NCBI GenBank assembly: GCA_032128875.1
Contig: JAVLKG010000011.1
Span: forward strand, 140,392 to 204,391
Length of the DNA: 64,000 bases
Origin: Candidatus Melainabacteria bacterium 17Bon1m
Lineage (GTDB): Bacteria; Cyanobacteriota; Vampirovibrionia; Obscuribacterales; Obscuribacteraceae
Reading direction: 5' to 3'
Numbering within the stretch: the stretch's first letter is position 1; every line of letters starts with the position of its first letter. The notes below the pieces were generated by a model that was given only the letters and a program-made list of their open reading frames with translations, did not search any database and was not told the origin of the DNA. Shown here one piece after another: positions 28,030 through 37,350 of the stretch. The translations under genes were made by a program, and so were the position numbers.

Positions 28030-28497
28030 TTATGACTTGCGTTTTGCCAGAAAATCGAAATCCCAGCAAGTGAAATAAAGGAGCTGAATCGTCAAAAGGC
28101 TCATCAATGCAGTAAGTAGCATTGGGCTAAGCCACTCCGGCCTCTCGGCCCAGACATTAAGATACAGCGCGCCGTGCATAAGCGCCAGCGGCATTATGAA
28201 TAGAGAAATTATTGCGACAACTTGTCTAGTGGTGGCAGTCGTGCCTGCCCAGTGCCAGCGAAGACCATCCCACCAGTAAGTTGGAGCGACTTTCACGCCC
28301 AGGCGACGTGCCGGGTAGAGTCTCCTGCCTCCGCGCAGTGGTACGAAGCAGCGCTCGCAGCTGTTGCAGGACAAGGTTTCTGTCAGTCCGTACGGTTCCA
28401 AAATCCCGGCGTTGCAGCGCGGACAAGGATAGGACTGGTTGAGAACGATGACTTGTTGGTGAAAGGAAAGCTGTTCGTATGATTGAAACATTGCCAA
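28030..28497 (-). CDS. Zinc-ribbon (CPRC/CNSC) membrane protein
   Basis: Two CxxC pairs and two C-terminal TMs; sits where mraZ usually is. Confidence 0.75.
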   Translation of the reverse strand: MAMFQSYEQLSFHQQVIVLNQSYPCPRCNAGILEPYGLTETLSCNSCERCFVPLRGGRRLYPARRLGVKVAPTYWWDGLRWHWAGTTATTRQVVAIISLFIMPLALMHGALYLNVWAERPEWLSPMLLTALMSLLTIQLLYFTCWDFDFLAKRKS

Positions 28498-28803
28498 TTA
28501 GCCCAATGAGGTCAGGGAGTCGCTGATGACCGGGTTCGCCGCGGCCGAAAAACGACGCACGGAATCACCACCGGCCCTTGAGTGAGGCTGGTCGCGGAGG
28601 TGACAAAAACCCTGTCACTTGTTAATTACCCGCGGAAGGGCATCAAACCGCGCTTGTTGAGAAACATTAGCTATATTTAATGCCGTGATGAGCCCCATAC
28701 CGAGGGACTCCTCACGCCTGGCTCTCTAAAACCAGGCTGTAATTCGCTTTGCCGCGAAATAGTTCATTTGACTGTATGAAAAAAACTGTTTCGCAATGTG
28801 AAA

Positions 28804-29646
28804 TTAGCTGAAATATGGGTCTTTTCGACTGGCTCCAAGGGCGCCCAGAGCCAGCATCACGCGAAACACAACGCTGTAATCTTTGTCCGTGAATTCCACG
28901 TCCCGGTCGTTTAGCCGTTTTACATTTGGTACCAACTCGCAAGCATCGGCCATCGAAGTGTCATTCATTGATAGAGTCAGTTTTGCCGGAGATGGAGGCT
29001 TAAGTAAGTTCCAGCTCGCCTTAGCTTTGGCGGCTTCGTACGCTGATTTCTCCAAATCCTCGAGCACTTGTTCTTGTGGTCTAAAGCAAGCGGAATAACG
29101 CGAAATAGCATGTTTCACCACTGTGCAATTAACTTTTCCCATCAATTCTTCGCATTCTCTTTTTAGCGCATCGTCACCAGTGATGAGGGCTACTGGCACA
29201 TCGAATGCACCGGCAAGATACGCGTTCAGTCCTGTTTCACCCACCAGAACATCATTGATACGCACATCGCGGAAGACTTGAGCTCTGTATGTGTGCGAAA
29301 GCACCCCAGTGGCACAGCCTTGGCGCGCATGATACCCGATCAAGCATGCGAAATCCGGCTTCTTTTCCGTGTGCACGCCGGACACCATAGAAAATGGTTT
29401 TTGCCAACCGCTGGTCAAATGTGCCTTTGGGTGCAAAAGTTCAATTCGCAAGTTGCGCATGTCCCAGTGGGAGTCATTTACAACGATTTCGTCACACCCG
29501 GCTTTTACGAGACCGTTTATGACAGCATTCGTCTCTGCGTGCATCAATTGAACCGAACGCTCATATCCTGGCTCGCCAGGCTGAGTTTGGCTGGAGTGGC
29601 AGATGCCGTTTATACCTTCCAGGTCCACCGATATATATGCACGCAT
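28804..29646 (-). CDS. dppA: D-aminopeptidase, peptidase family M55
   Basis: YISVDLEG, VNDSH, IGYHA, LSHT, ITGDD; start ATG 29646. Confidence 0.9.
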   Translation of the reverse strand: MRAYISVDLEGINGICHSSQTQPGEPGYERSVQLMHAETNAVINGLVKAGCDEIVVNDSHWDMRNLRIELLHPKAHLTSGWQKPFSMVSGVHTEKKPDFACLIGYHARQGCATGVLSHTYRAQVFRDVRINDVLVGETGLNAYLAGAFDVPVALITGDDALKRECEELMGKVNCTVVKHAISRYSACFRPQEQVLEDLEKSAYEAAKAKASWNLLKPPSPAKLTLSMNDTSMADACELVPNVKRLNDRDVEFTDKDYSVVFRVMLALGALGASRKDPYFS

Positions 29647-29811
29647 GTGAAATTCCCTTAGTTTTCGCCCAGCAGGTGAGTATATCAATGAGTCAGTTGA
29701 ATCAAAGTCTATTAAGGTCGAGACATGTCAAGCTTCACCCGGTATAATTGCGGCTGATCCGAATGCCCCACTTGGACCCTATTCGGATGCAGCACCAGCT
29801 CGCGAAGCCAG

Positions 29812-30897
29812 ATGCAGACCCTTTCGGAAACTTTGAAAGCGCAGACGTCATCCAGTTCGGATTCTCAAAGCCTGGCATTCACCAAGATGCATGGCTTGGG
29901 CAATGACTTTGTGATGGTGTCTCTGGACGACTTGCTGGCGCTCCCGGCCTTTTCTGCAGCCGTGATGCAGGGGATGAACCCTCTGCCTTCACTGACGAAG
30001 CGTATATGCGATAGGAATTTCGGCATTGGTGCAGATGGTTTGATTGTTGGTTTTTCACTTAAGAAAAAACCGGAAATTTCGCTGGATATATTCAAAACTC
30101 TTGGCGCTGATTATGCGGTTGATACCGAATGCGATATCGGATGGATTTACACTAATTCCGACGGTTCGTCTTCTGCCATGTGCGGCAATGGTCTTCGATG
30201 TCTGGGACTCTGGGCTCTCAGGAAAGAATTGGTTGCATCTAATAGAATTTTGGTGTCAACTAAGGCAGGAGTCCAAGAGATTCTTGTAGAAGACGAATCA
30301 AAAATTACGGTGGACATGGGCAAGCCCATTCTCCAAACCGACTTGATTCCTCTAAGCGGTTCATCGAAAGCCAGTTTTGTGCAAGGCGAAATAAATTCAC
30401 CCGACTTCAATTTCAAAGCGACATGCGTGAGCATGGGTAATCCGCACGTGGTTATTTTCGATGCTCCTCAGGCGCAAGATAGCCTGAATAAAAACAAGTT
30501 TTCCGAGTCACTCAAATCCTTATCTGAGAAAGTACAGCAACAAAGTTTGTTCTCTGAGGGTGTCAACGTCGAGTGGTGCCGGGCGATTTCTCGAGACGAA
30601 GTGCACACACTTATTTATGAAAGAGGTTGCGGCGCAACTTTAGCTTGTGCAAGCGGTGCTGCAGCTGTAGTCGTTGCGTCCTCGCTGGAAGGACGAACCG
30701 AGCGCAAGGCAAAAGTTAGGCTGCCCGGAGGCTTCCTATTTATAGAATGGGCTCAATCCGACGATCATGTCCACATGACCGGGCCGGCTGCAACAGTTTT
30801 CGCTGGTTCGATACCCGCACAAGACATCGAAGCATATATTCAATGCCACTCTGCCGACGGCGGAAAGTCTGTTAATAAGGAGATTTGCTGCTCGTGA
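29812..30897 (+). CDS. dapF: Diaminopimelate epimerase
   Basis: FTKMHGLGNDF, GIGADG, MCGNG, SMGNPH, ERG.GATLAC. Confidence 0.96.
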   Translation: MQTLSETLKAQTSSSSDSQSLAFTKMHGLGNDFVMVSLDDLLALPAFSAAVMQGMNPLPSLTKRICDRNFGIGADGLIVGFSLKKKPEISLDIFKTLGADYAVDTECDIGWIYTNSDGSSSAMCGNGLRCLGLWALRKELVASNRILVSTKAGVQEILVEDESKITVDMGKPILQTDLIPLSGSSKASFVQGEINSPDFNFKATCVSMGNPHVVIFDAPQAQDSLNKNKFSESLKSLSEKVQQQSLFSEGVNVEWCRAISRDEVHTLIYERGCGATLACASGAAAVVVASSLEGRTERKAKVRLPGGFLFIEWAQSDDHVHMTGPAATVFAGSIPAQDIEAYIQCHSADGGKSVNKEICCS

Positions 30898-31790
30898 TGA
30901 TGCAAGCTGACAGACGAAAGCAATGGATCAAGAGCCGCCGCAAGCAGCGTAATCAGGCTCGCAATGCTCGTTTGCGTCGTCAATTTATGCGCTATGTGAC
31001 GCTTGTTGGTTTGCTCTATCTTGGTGGCAGTGCTGTTGTGCGTTTGCCCTGGGCGATTGACAACACTGAGTCGCAATTGACTGTGCGCGGTAATTATGTG
31101 ACCAGCCGCCACCAAATTGCAGAGAAAGTAGAAAGTGTTGTTGGCAAGCAGCTCTTCAAGGTAAATCCGAAGGCTTTGGAAAATAGCATCGCGCAACTAC
31201 CGGCGGTGAAGCACGCATTTGTTCGGCGCTATGCTTTCCCTGAACCGCATATTTTGGTTGAGGTGCTGGAAGAGTTTCCTTGGGCAACATATGTGCCTGA
31301 GCCAGGCAAGCTGCCGGAATCTGTTATTTCGCAATCTGGTCGAGTTATTCCTTTAAAAGATTTCCCGGGAATTATGCGACCACCGCTCAGAGTCTATGGA
31401 CCTGCCGCGCTCAAGATGACTGCTGCTGATGTTACTCAATGGGCAAGCTGGTGCAATTACATTTCGCAGCAGACAAAAATGCCTGTCGAGTCGATTGATT
31501 TAAGACACCCACACGACATTCGCGTGCAAAACGTAGCGCTTCAATTGAAGTTAGGATCTCCTGATACTTCTTTGACTCGCAGACTGGGCAGACTAAGTTC
31601 TGTACTTGCCGCTGTCGATCCGATGAAGACCAACCTCGAATACATTGATCTGGGATTGGACAACAACATTCCTATGAAGCTCGCGAAGATCGATCCTCGC
31701 AAAGAAGCCGCCAAGAAAGCAGCTGAAGAAGCAGAGAAGAAGCGCGCTTCAGAGAACGAGCAACTCGCCGGTCGCGAACAGACTTTGTAG
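30894..31790 (+). CDS. ftsQ: Cell division protein FtsQ/DivIB (TM plus POTRA)
   Basis: Arg-rich N-terminus, TM, V.GN...POTRA-like region, C-terminal YIDL. Start GTG 30894 or ATG 30897, coupled to the dapF stop. Confidence 0.82.
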   Translation: MMMQADRRKQWIKSRRKQRNQARNARLRRQFMRYVTLVGLLYLGGSAVVRLPWAIDNTESQLTVRGNYVTSRHQIAEKVESVVGKQLFKVNPKALENSIAQLPAVKHAFVRRYAFPEPHILVEVLEEFPWATYVPEPGKLPESVISQSGRVIPLKDFPGIMRPPLRVYGPAALKMTAADVTQWASWCNYISQQTKMPVESIDLRHPHDIRVQNVALQLKLGSPDTSLTRRLGRLSSVLAAVDPMKTNLEYIDLGLDNNIPMKLAKIDPRKEAAKKAAEEAEKKRASENEQLAGREQTL

Positions 31791-31800
31791 AGTTCTGACT

Positions 31801-32229
31801 TCAGTCTGACCTTTTGCTCGGATCGTAGTAGTCCGGTTGCTTTATGTCATCTCTCAGCATAAGATGCGACGGGTTCAAGTTTGTAGATTCAATTTGCCTT
31901 TTTGAAGAAGATTGGATGGCACTGGTCTTGTTCATTCCGCAAATGTTTACTGCGTACAGCGAAACAAAAATGTTGATTGCATACACGCCGAGGAGAACAA
32001 GAGGCGCAAACTTTTTTCCTTGCTTCAATAAAAAGAATGAACAAATTGCACCGCCCCAAAACAAGGCGCTCGAAAATGAAATCAATCCCTTTGCGAATGA
32101 ATTGACGGGATAACTAATTGATTCGAGATTACCGTAAGCAATTCCTGCGACCAAGCAAAAAATGCTGCAGTAGATTCCGAGTTTTGCGGAACTCACTTTG
32201 GGTGTTTCGGATAGAGCTTGAAACTTCAT
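31801..32229 (-). CDS. Small membrane protein (about 3 TM)
   Basis: Three hydrophobic segments; no family recognised. Confidence 0.6.
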   Translation of the reverse strand: MKFQALSETPKVSSAKLGIYCSIFCLVAGIAYGNLESISYPVNSFAKGLISFSSALFWGGAICSFFLLKQGKKFAPLVLLGVYAINIFVSLYAVNICGMNKTSAIQSSSKRQIESTNLNPSHLMLRDDIKQPDYYDPSKRSD

Positions 32230-32254
32230 CGTATTACCAGTCTATATGAAACTC

Positions 32255-32354
32255 GGGCGCGTGCAACGCGCCCCCACGCCTTAAAAACGCGCCCCCATGC
32301 TAATACGCGCCCCCACGCTAATACGCGCCCCCACGCTAATACGCGCCACACGCT
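32255..32354. repeat. GC palindrome plus 18-bp tandem repeat (4 full copies and 1 degenerate)
   Basis: GGGCGCGT-gca-ACGCGCCC (32255-32273); ACGCGCCCCCACGCTAAT-like units start at 32266, 32287, 32305, 32323, 32341. Confidence 0.95.
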
Positions 32355-32356
32355 CT

Positions 32357-33160
32357 CTACAATGCGGCTTTGGCTTGTTCCCAAAGAGCTTGGTACTCGT
32401 CCTTGGAGTATTCTTTCAATGGTTTTGTTGCCAACTCTTCCATCTTCGCAAAGCGTTTGCGGAATTTCTCGAGCCCGTGAATAAGCGATTCTTCGGGGTT
32501 TAGCGAATGCCATCTTGCAACGTTTACCAGGGTAAATAGAACATCGCCGAGTTCCAGCTCTACATCGTAACGCGCACTGGCTGCTGTTTCTGGCTGAGTC
32601 AATGCAGGATTCGAAATTGCTTCTTTCAGCTCTTTCATTTCGCTCTCGACCTTATCCCATACTTCGCCTTCGTTGCGCCACTCGAAGCCCTGGCTCACCG
32701 CCTTCTCCGAAATTTTCAGTGCCTGCAAAAGTGATGGCAACGTTCTGCTGATGCTGTCCAAGCAAGACTTAGACTCTTTCTGCTTTTCCTTTTTCTCGGC
32801 GTCCTTAAGGTCATCCCACTGCATTAGGACTTCCTTGGCTGTGGCAAGCGACATTTCGCCAAACACATGCGGGTGTCTAGAGATCATTTTTGAGTTTATG
32901 GAATTCGCGACATCTTGTATGTCGAATTGTCCTGCATCTTTCGCCACCTGTGCATTCAGCACAATCTGCAAGAGTAGGTCGCCCAGCTCCTCTTTCAATT
33001 CCTCTGGGTTGTCCGAGTGAATTGCTTCCATAACCTCATAGGCTTCTTCTAGTAAGTAGCGCGCCAGGCTTCGGTGAGTCTGCTCACGGTCCCACGGGCA
33101 GCCGTCTTCGGCTCTCAGTCGGGCAATTGTTGAGATGAACTGGTCTAGGGGAGAAGTCAT
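32357..33160 (-). CDS. mazG: Nucleoside triphosphate pyrophosphohydrolase MazG
   Basis: GCPWDREQT, EEAYE, EELGDLL, RHPHVF, second ELGDVLF domain. Confidence 0.96.
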   Translation of the reverse strand: MTSPLDQFISTIARLRAEDGCPWDREQTHRSLARYLLEEAYEVMEAIHSDNPEELKEELGDLLLQIVLNAQVAKDAGQFDIQDVANSINSKMISRHPHVFGEMSLATAKEVLMQWDDLKDAEKKEKQKESKSCLDSISRTLPSLLQALKISEKAVSQGFEWRNEGEVWDKVESEMKELKEAISNPALTQPETAASARYDVELELGDVLFTLVNVARWHSLNPEESLIHGLEKFRKRFAKMEELATKPLKEYSKDEYQALWEQAKAAL

Positions 33161-33550
33161 GTTGAGCAATGTTGAGAGCGCCTTTAGCTTGTATCGGTTT
33201 TATTTTTAGTCTTGAATACGCGATTATAATCGTCCGTAAAGCCTACCAAATATGCGGACAATCTTTGGGGAGAGTCTATTTATCTTGGTTTTGACGAGTC
33301 ACCCTGCGCCTGAAGATTTTATCTTGAAAACCGGCGTGGTGGGCTGATTCCAGGCGTTAAATGCCTCTTCGCTGGCTGTCATGCGCCCGTCTAAGAGCCG
33401 CTTCTGCGGTATCATAGGGAGGATTGGCAACCAGTCCAATGCGCATCTGACGCGCTTTCACCGCAGAGCGATGGCTTATGCCTGAGCGGCTGAGTCTTGG
33501 ATGGTGAGCCGACGTAACACAAACCGTGCAAGGTCAAAAGGAAAACGCCT

Positions 33551-34942
33551 GTGGATATTTGTATTGTCGGTGCTGGCTACGTGGGTCTGGTGACAAGCGC
33601 CTGCTTGGCGTATCTCGGACATCACGTGATTGCCGTTGATTCCAACGAAGAGAAGCTCAACGCTTTGAAACGCGGCGAAATGCCGTTTTTCGAGCCTGGT
33701 CTCGAACCCTTCGTCAAACAGTGCGTCAAAAGCGAGTTCTTGACCTTCACTGACAAACTCGAAGATGCCGTCAAGAAGTCGGAAATCATCTTTATCGCTG
33801 TCGGAACACCGCCACTTCCATCTGGCGAACCTGACCTCTCTGCTGTCATGGCTGTAGCCAGAGCAATCGGTCGTTCGTTGGATACTTCCAAAAAACGAAT
33901 CATCGTCAACAAATCCACAGTACCTGTCGGTTCAGGCAACTGGGTGGAAATGTTGGTTCACCAGGGTGTTGAGAGTGTTCAGACTGTTCCCGCTCGTGCA
34001 GCCCGGGCAGACCAACCATCATTCACAGTGGTTTCCAATCCAGAGTTCTTGCGTGAAGGCAGCGCTCTGGCTGACTCCTTTTACCCTGATCGCATCGTGG
34101 TCGGATCCGCTGACGATACAGCCGTCGCAACGATGAAAAAGCTGTTTGCACCATTGATTAATCAAACTTTTGATCCCCCGACCGACATTGCACGTCCTGA
34201 AAATTTCGGCAAGGTTCCTTTTGTCGTCACGGATCTCGCGAGTGCTGAACTCATCAAATACTCTGCCAATGCTTTCTTGGCGATGAAGATCAGCTTTGCC
34301 AACGAAATCGCGGGACTTTGCGAAAAGGTTGGCGCTGACATTCGTCAGGTCGCACCAGGCATCGGGCTCGATACGCGTATCGGAAGCAAATTCCTCAATG
34401 CCGGAGTGGGCTGGGGCGGAAGCTGCTTCGGAAAAGACATCAATGCGCTAATTAATGTAGCGCGTGAATACAGCTATCCCACTTCACTTTTGGAAGCAAC
34501 GCTTTCAGTCAACGAGCGTCAGCGTCTTTGTGTGATCAAAAAATTGCAAGAAGAGTTGAAGATCGTCAAAGGCCGCACAATTGGTTTGATGGGGCTTTCA
34601 TTCAAGCCGAACACCGATGACTTACGCGATGCGCCGAGCTTGACACTTGTTCGCGCTCTGACCAAGATGGGCGCCCAGGTTAAGGTCTACGATCCAGTCA
34701 GTATTGAAAGCTGCCAGCGCAATTTTCCTGAACTCGAAATTGCTTATTGCACCAATCTCGACGAGCTTGCGAAAGACAGTGATGCTCTGGTTCTTGTCAC
34801 CGAGTGGCAAGAATTTGCCAGCGCCAATTGGAAGCAATTGATCAAGAGCATGAAGTGGCCGTTGGTTATCGATGGTCGCAACATCTTGCCGCAAGATGAT
34901 CTAACTGATTCTGGTGCAATTTACAGAGGTATCGGACATTGA
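33551..34942 (+). CDS. ugd: UDP-glucose 6-dehydrogenase
   Basis: [43 protein letters not shown]. Confidence 0.96.
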   Translation: MDICIVGAGYVGLVTSACLAYLGHHVIAVDSNEEKLNALKRGEMPFFEPGLEPFVKQCVKSEFLTFTDKLEDAVKKSEIIFIAVGTPPLPSGEPDLSAVMAVARAIGRSLDTSKKRIIVNKSTVPVGSGNWVEMLVHQGVESVQTVPARAARADQPSFTVVSNPEFLREGSALADSFYPDRIVVGSADDTAVATMKKLFAPLINQTFDPPTDIARPENFGKVPFVVTDLASAELIKYSANAFLAMKISFANEIAGLCEKVGADIRQVAPGIGLDTRIGSKFLNAGVGWGGSCFGKDINALINVAREYSYPTSLLEATLSVNERQRLCVIKKLQEELKIVKGRTIGLMGLSFKPNTDDLRDAPSLTLVRALTKMGAQVKVYDPVSIESCQRNFPELEIAYCTNLDELAKDSDALVLVTEWQEFASANWKQLIKSMKWPLVIDGRNILPQDDLTDSGAIYRGIGH

Positions 34943-35880
34943 AGATACTCATTACAGGCGCAGCTGGATTCATCGGATCGCATTTGGTCGATCGCATGCT
35001 TGCGGATGGGCATGAAGTGACGGCAATGGACAATCTTGTCACCGGCACGATGAACAACATTGCTCAGCATTTATCCAACACTCGCTTTCAATTCATTCAT
35101 CACAACGTTTCTAATCACATACACATCGTCGGGCATCTTGATTGGGTGATTCACTTCGCTTCACCGGCAAGTCCAGTCGATTATTTGAATTTGCCGATTG
35201 AAACGCTGAAGGTAAACTCTCTAGGCACACACAATACTTTAGGCCTGGCACTGTCTAAAGGTGCGAAGTACTTTCTTGCCAGTACTTCCGAAGTTTATGG
35301 CGATCCAGAGCAACATCCGCAGAAAGAATCTTACTGGGGTAATGTGAACCCAGTCGGCCCGCGCGGTGTTTACGATGAATCGAAGCGCTTCGCAGAAGCA
35401 ATCACGATGGCGTACAACAAAAAACACGATCTCGATACTCGCATAATCAGAATTTTCAATTGCTACGGTCCGAGACTAAGAGCAAATGATGGTCGTGTTG
35501 TTTCCAACTTTATCGATCAGGCATTGCGTGGCAAACCCCTCACCATATATGGTGGCGGCGAGCAAACTCGCAGCTTCCAATATGTTTCCGATCTCGTTGA
35601 AGGAATTGTTCGCCTGACAGGAGTGAAATTCCACGAACCTGTGAATTTAGGCAATCCACAAGAGCGCACGGTTTTGGAACTGGCAGAACTTATTAAAGAG
35701 TTGACCGGTTCCAAGAGTGAAATCGTTTACAAGCCTTTGCCGACCGATGATCCCAAGCGCCGCTTGCCGGATATCACCAGAGCGAAAGAACTTCTTGATT
35801 GGACTCCAGAAGTTCAAATCAGAGATGGTCTGCAACAGACAATCGCCTGGTACAAGGAACAGCTAGCTGTAGCTAAGTAA
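34939..35880 (+). CDS. UDP-glucuronate decarboxylase (UDP-xylose synthase)
   Basis: [39 protein letters not shown]; 4-nt overlap with ugd. Confidence 0.92.
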   Translation: MKILITGAAGFIGSHLVDRMLADGHEVTAMDNLVTGTMNNIAQHLSNTRFQFIHHNVSNHIHIVGHLDWVIHFASPASPVDYLNLPIETLKVNSLGTHNTLGLALSKGAKYFLASTSEVYGDPEQHPQKESYWGNVNPVGPRGVYDESKRFAEAITMAYNKKHDLDTRIIRIFNCYGPRLRANDGRVVSNFIDQALRGKPLTIYGGGEQTRSFQYVSDLVEGIVRLTGVKFHEPVNLGNPQERTVLELAELIKELTGSKSEIVYKPLPTDDPKRRLPDITRAKELLDWTPEVQIRDGLQQTIAWYKEQLAVAK

Positions 35881-36038
35881 GACTAGTCAGAACAATTTAC
35901 TCGCCCAGAATCCTGAGAGACATCCAGGGTATTCCCCAGTTCGGCTTCAGTCCGTTCGGCAGAGGAATATCGCGCCGCATTGCGTAGGCTAGTTGTGTGA
36001 GGCGACTACGGCATTTACACAAGGACAGAGGTGCGGTT

Positions 36039-37052
36039 ATGCGTGTTCTAAAATCGGCGGCGGCAGTGCTACTTTTATCGGCAGGCATGCTTTTACCTGG
36101 TTTGACCAATCAATTTGCATTGGCAAACGAAGCTCCGGCAGCCAGTGCTGAACGTCCGGTTCTTGATCTTGCTTTCTTAATTGATACGACCGGATCGATG
36201 GGCGGCGAAATTGAAATGGTGAAGAAGAAGACCAAAGATCTTGTGGCCAAATTAGCCTCAGGAAAGCCTGCTCCCGTTGTACGTGTAGGACTTGTTGCCT
36301 ATAGAGATCGTGGTGACGACTACGTTACTAAAGTCTTTCCGTTTTCTGACGACATAGACAAGGTAGTTAAAGATATTACTGCTTTGAATGCGGCAGGTGG
36401 TGGCGACACGCCTGAAGCTGTAAATCAAGGATTGCATGCGGCTCTCAATGACCTTGAATGGACAAAGAACAAAAAGGCTTCCAAACTTCTTTTCTTGATT
36501 GGAGATGCAGCTCCGCATATCTATCCTAACGATTACAATTGGGAAACAGAGTCCAAAAATGCCATTTCTCGCGGCATTCAAATCAACACAATCGGCTGTG
36601 ACGGACTGGATTCCAGCGGCACCACCGTGTTCGAGAAAATTGCAAAATTATCCGATGGGTCCTTTGAGACACTTTCTTATCGACAAGAAATTGTCAATTC
36701 TGAAGGCAAGAAAGAAACCCTCATTACCTCAGGCGGTTCTACATACAAGGTTAGAGCTGGCGCCGAATCGTCATGGAAAGCAGGCGCCAAGGATCTCGCT
36801 GTCCGTGGACTCGCAGTTGCGGCACCTGCTCCCGCTTCCGCTCTGGCAAAGAGAAGTCGAGCTTCGATGAGCACCGGCTTCTATGCCGCGCGCGCATCTT
36901 CCCTAAGTGCAGATGCCGCGCACATGGAAGGCGGCGCACCTGGCGCGAGCTATGCCGGTTTCAATCGCGCAGACAGCAATTTGGATGACTTGATGCTGAA
37001 TGCGGCAAAGAGCAAACTCAAGAAAGATGCCTCGATTATCTATACGAAATAA
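36039..37052 (+). CDS. Exported von Willebrand A (VWA) domain protein
   Basis: Signal peptide ending ALA, MIDAS-like DTTGS, GGGDTPE, IGDAAPH; SD GAGG before ATG 36039. Confidence 0.88.
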   Translation: MRVLKSAAAVLLLSAGMLLPGLTNQFALANEAPAASAERPVLDLAFLIDTTGSMGGEIEMVKKKTKDLVAKLASGKPAPVVRVGLVAYRDRGDDYVTKVFPFSDDIDKVVKDITALNAAGGGDTPEAVNQGLHAALNDLEWTKNKKASKLLFLIGDAAPHIYPNDYNWETESKNAISRGIQINTIGCDGLDSSGTTVFEKIAKLSDGSFETLSYRQEIVNSEGKKETLITSGGSTYKVRAGAESSWKAGAKDLAVRGLAVAAPAPASALAKRSRASMSTGFYAARASSLSADAAHMEGGAPGASYAGFNRADSNLDDLMLNAAKSKLKKDASIIYTK

Positions 37053-37147
37053 ATGATGATGACTAACGAGAAGTAAGAAGTTTGGTGTTCAACATGCGCC
37101 GAAGAATCAGGACAGGATAAGCATCCCCGAGCCGATGCCTGTCTTGA

Positions 37148-37178
37148 AAGAGGGAAGGGTCAACCTTCCCTCTTTTTT
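37148..37178 (+). terminator. Intrinsic terminator
   Basis: AAGAGGGAAGG-gtcaa-CCTTCCCTCTTTTTT. Confidence 0.8.
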
Positions 37179-37350
37179 CGCCAAATTCGCTCTTGTTCTG
37201 CTCGATGAATTCGGCGCTTTTGAATTTCAAGATTTTTTGAAACTTGCCGTTGCATTCTCTATCCAGTCAACCCCCAAACAGCAATAGACAGCCACCCTGT
37301 GGTTTCTACCTCGCGGCGCTGGCCCGCTGCAGATCCTATTGGAGAAAGAA

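Noticed and set aside
28498-28803. Riboswitch in the leader of the division cluster (GTGACA-N7-TGTCAC hairpin at 28600-28618)
   Set aside because: Only short helices expected by chance, with no recognisable aptamer; a protein-binding palindrome cannot be excluded.
32255-32354. CRISPR array
   Set aside because: Units are contiguous 18-21-nt tandem copies with no unique spacers, and there are no cas genes. The overlapping 68-95-aa ORFs are repeat artefacts.
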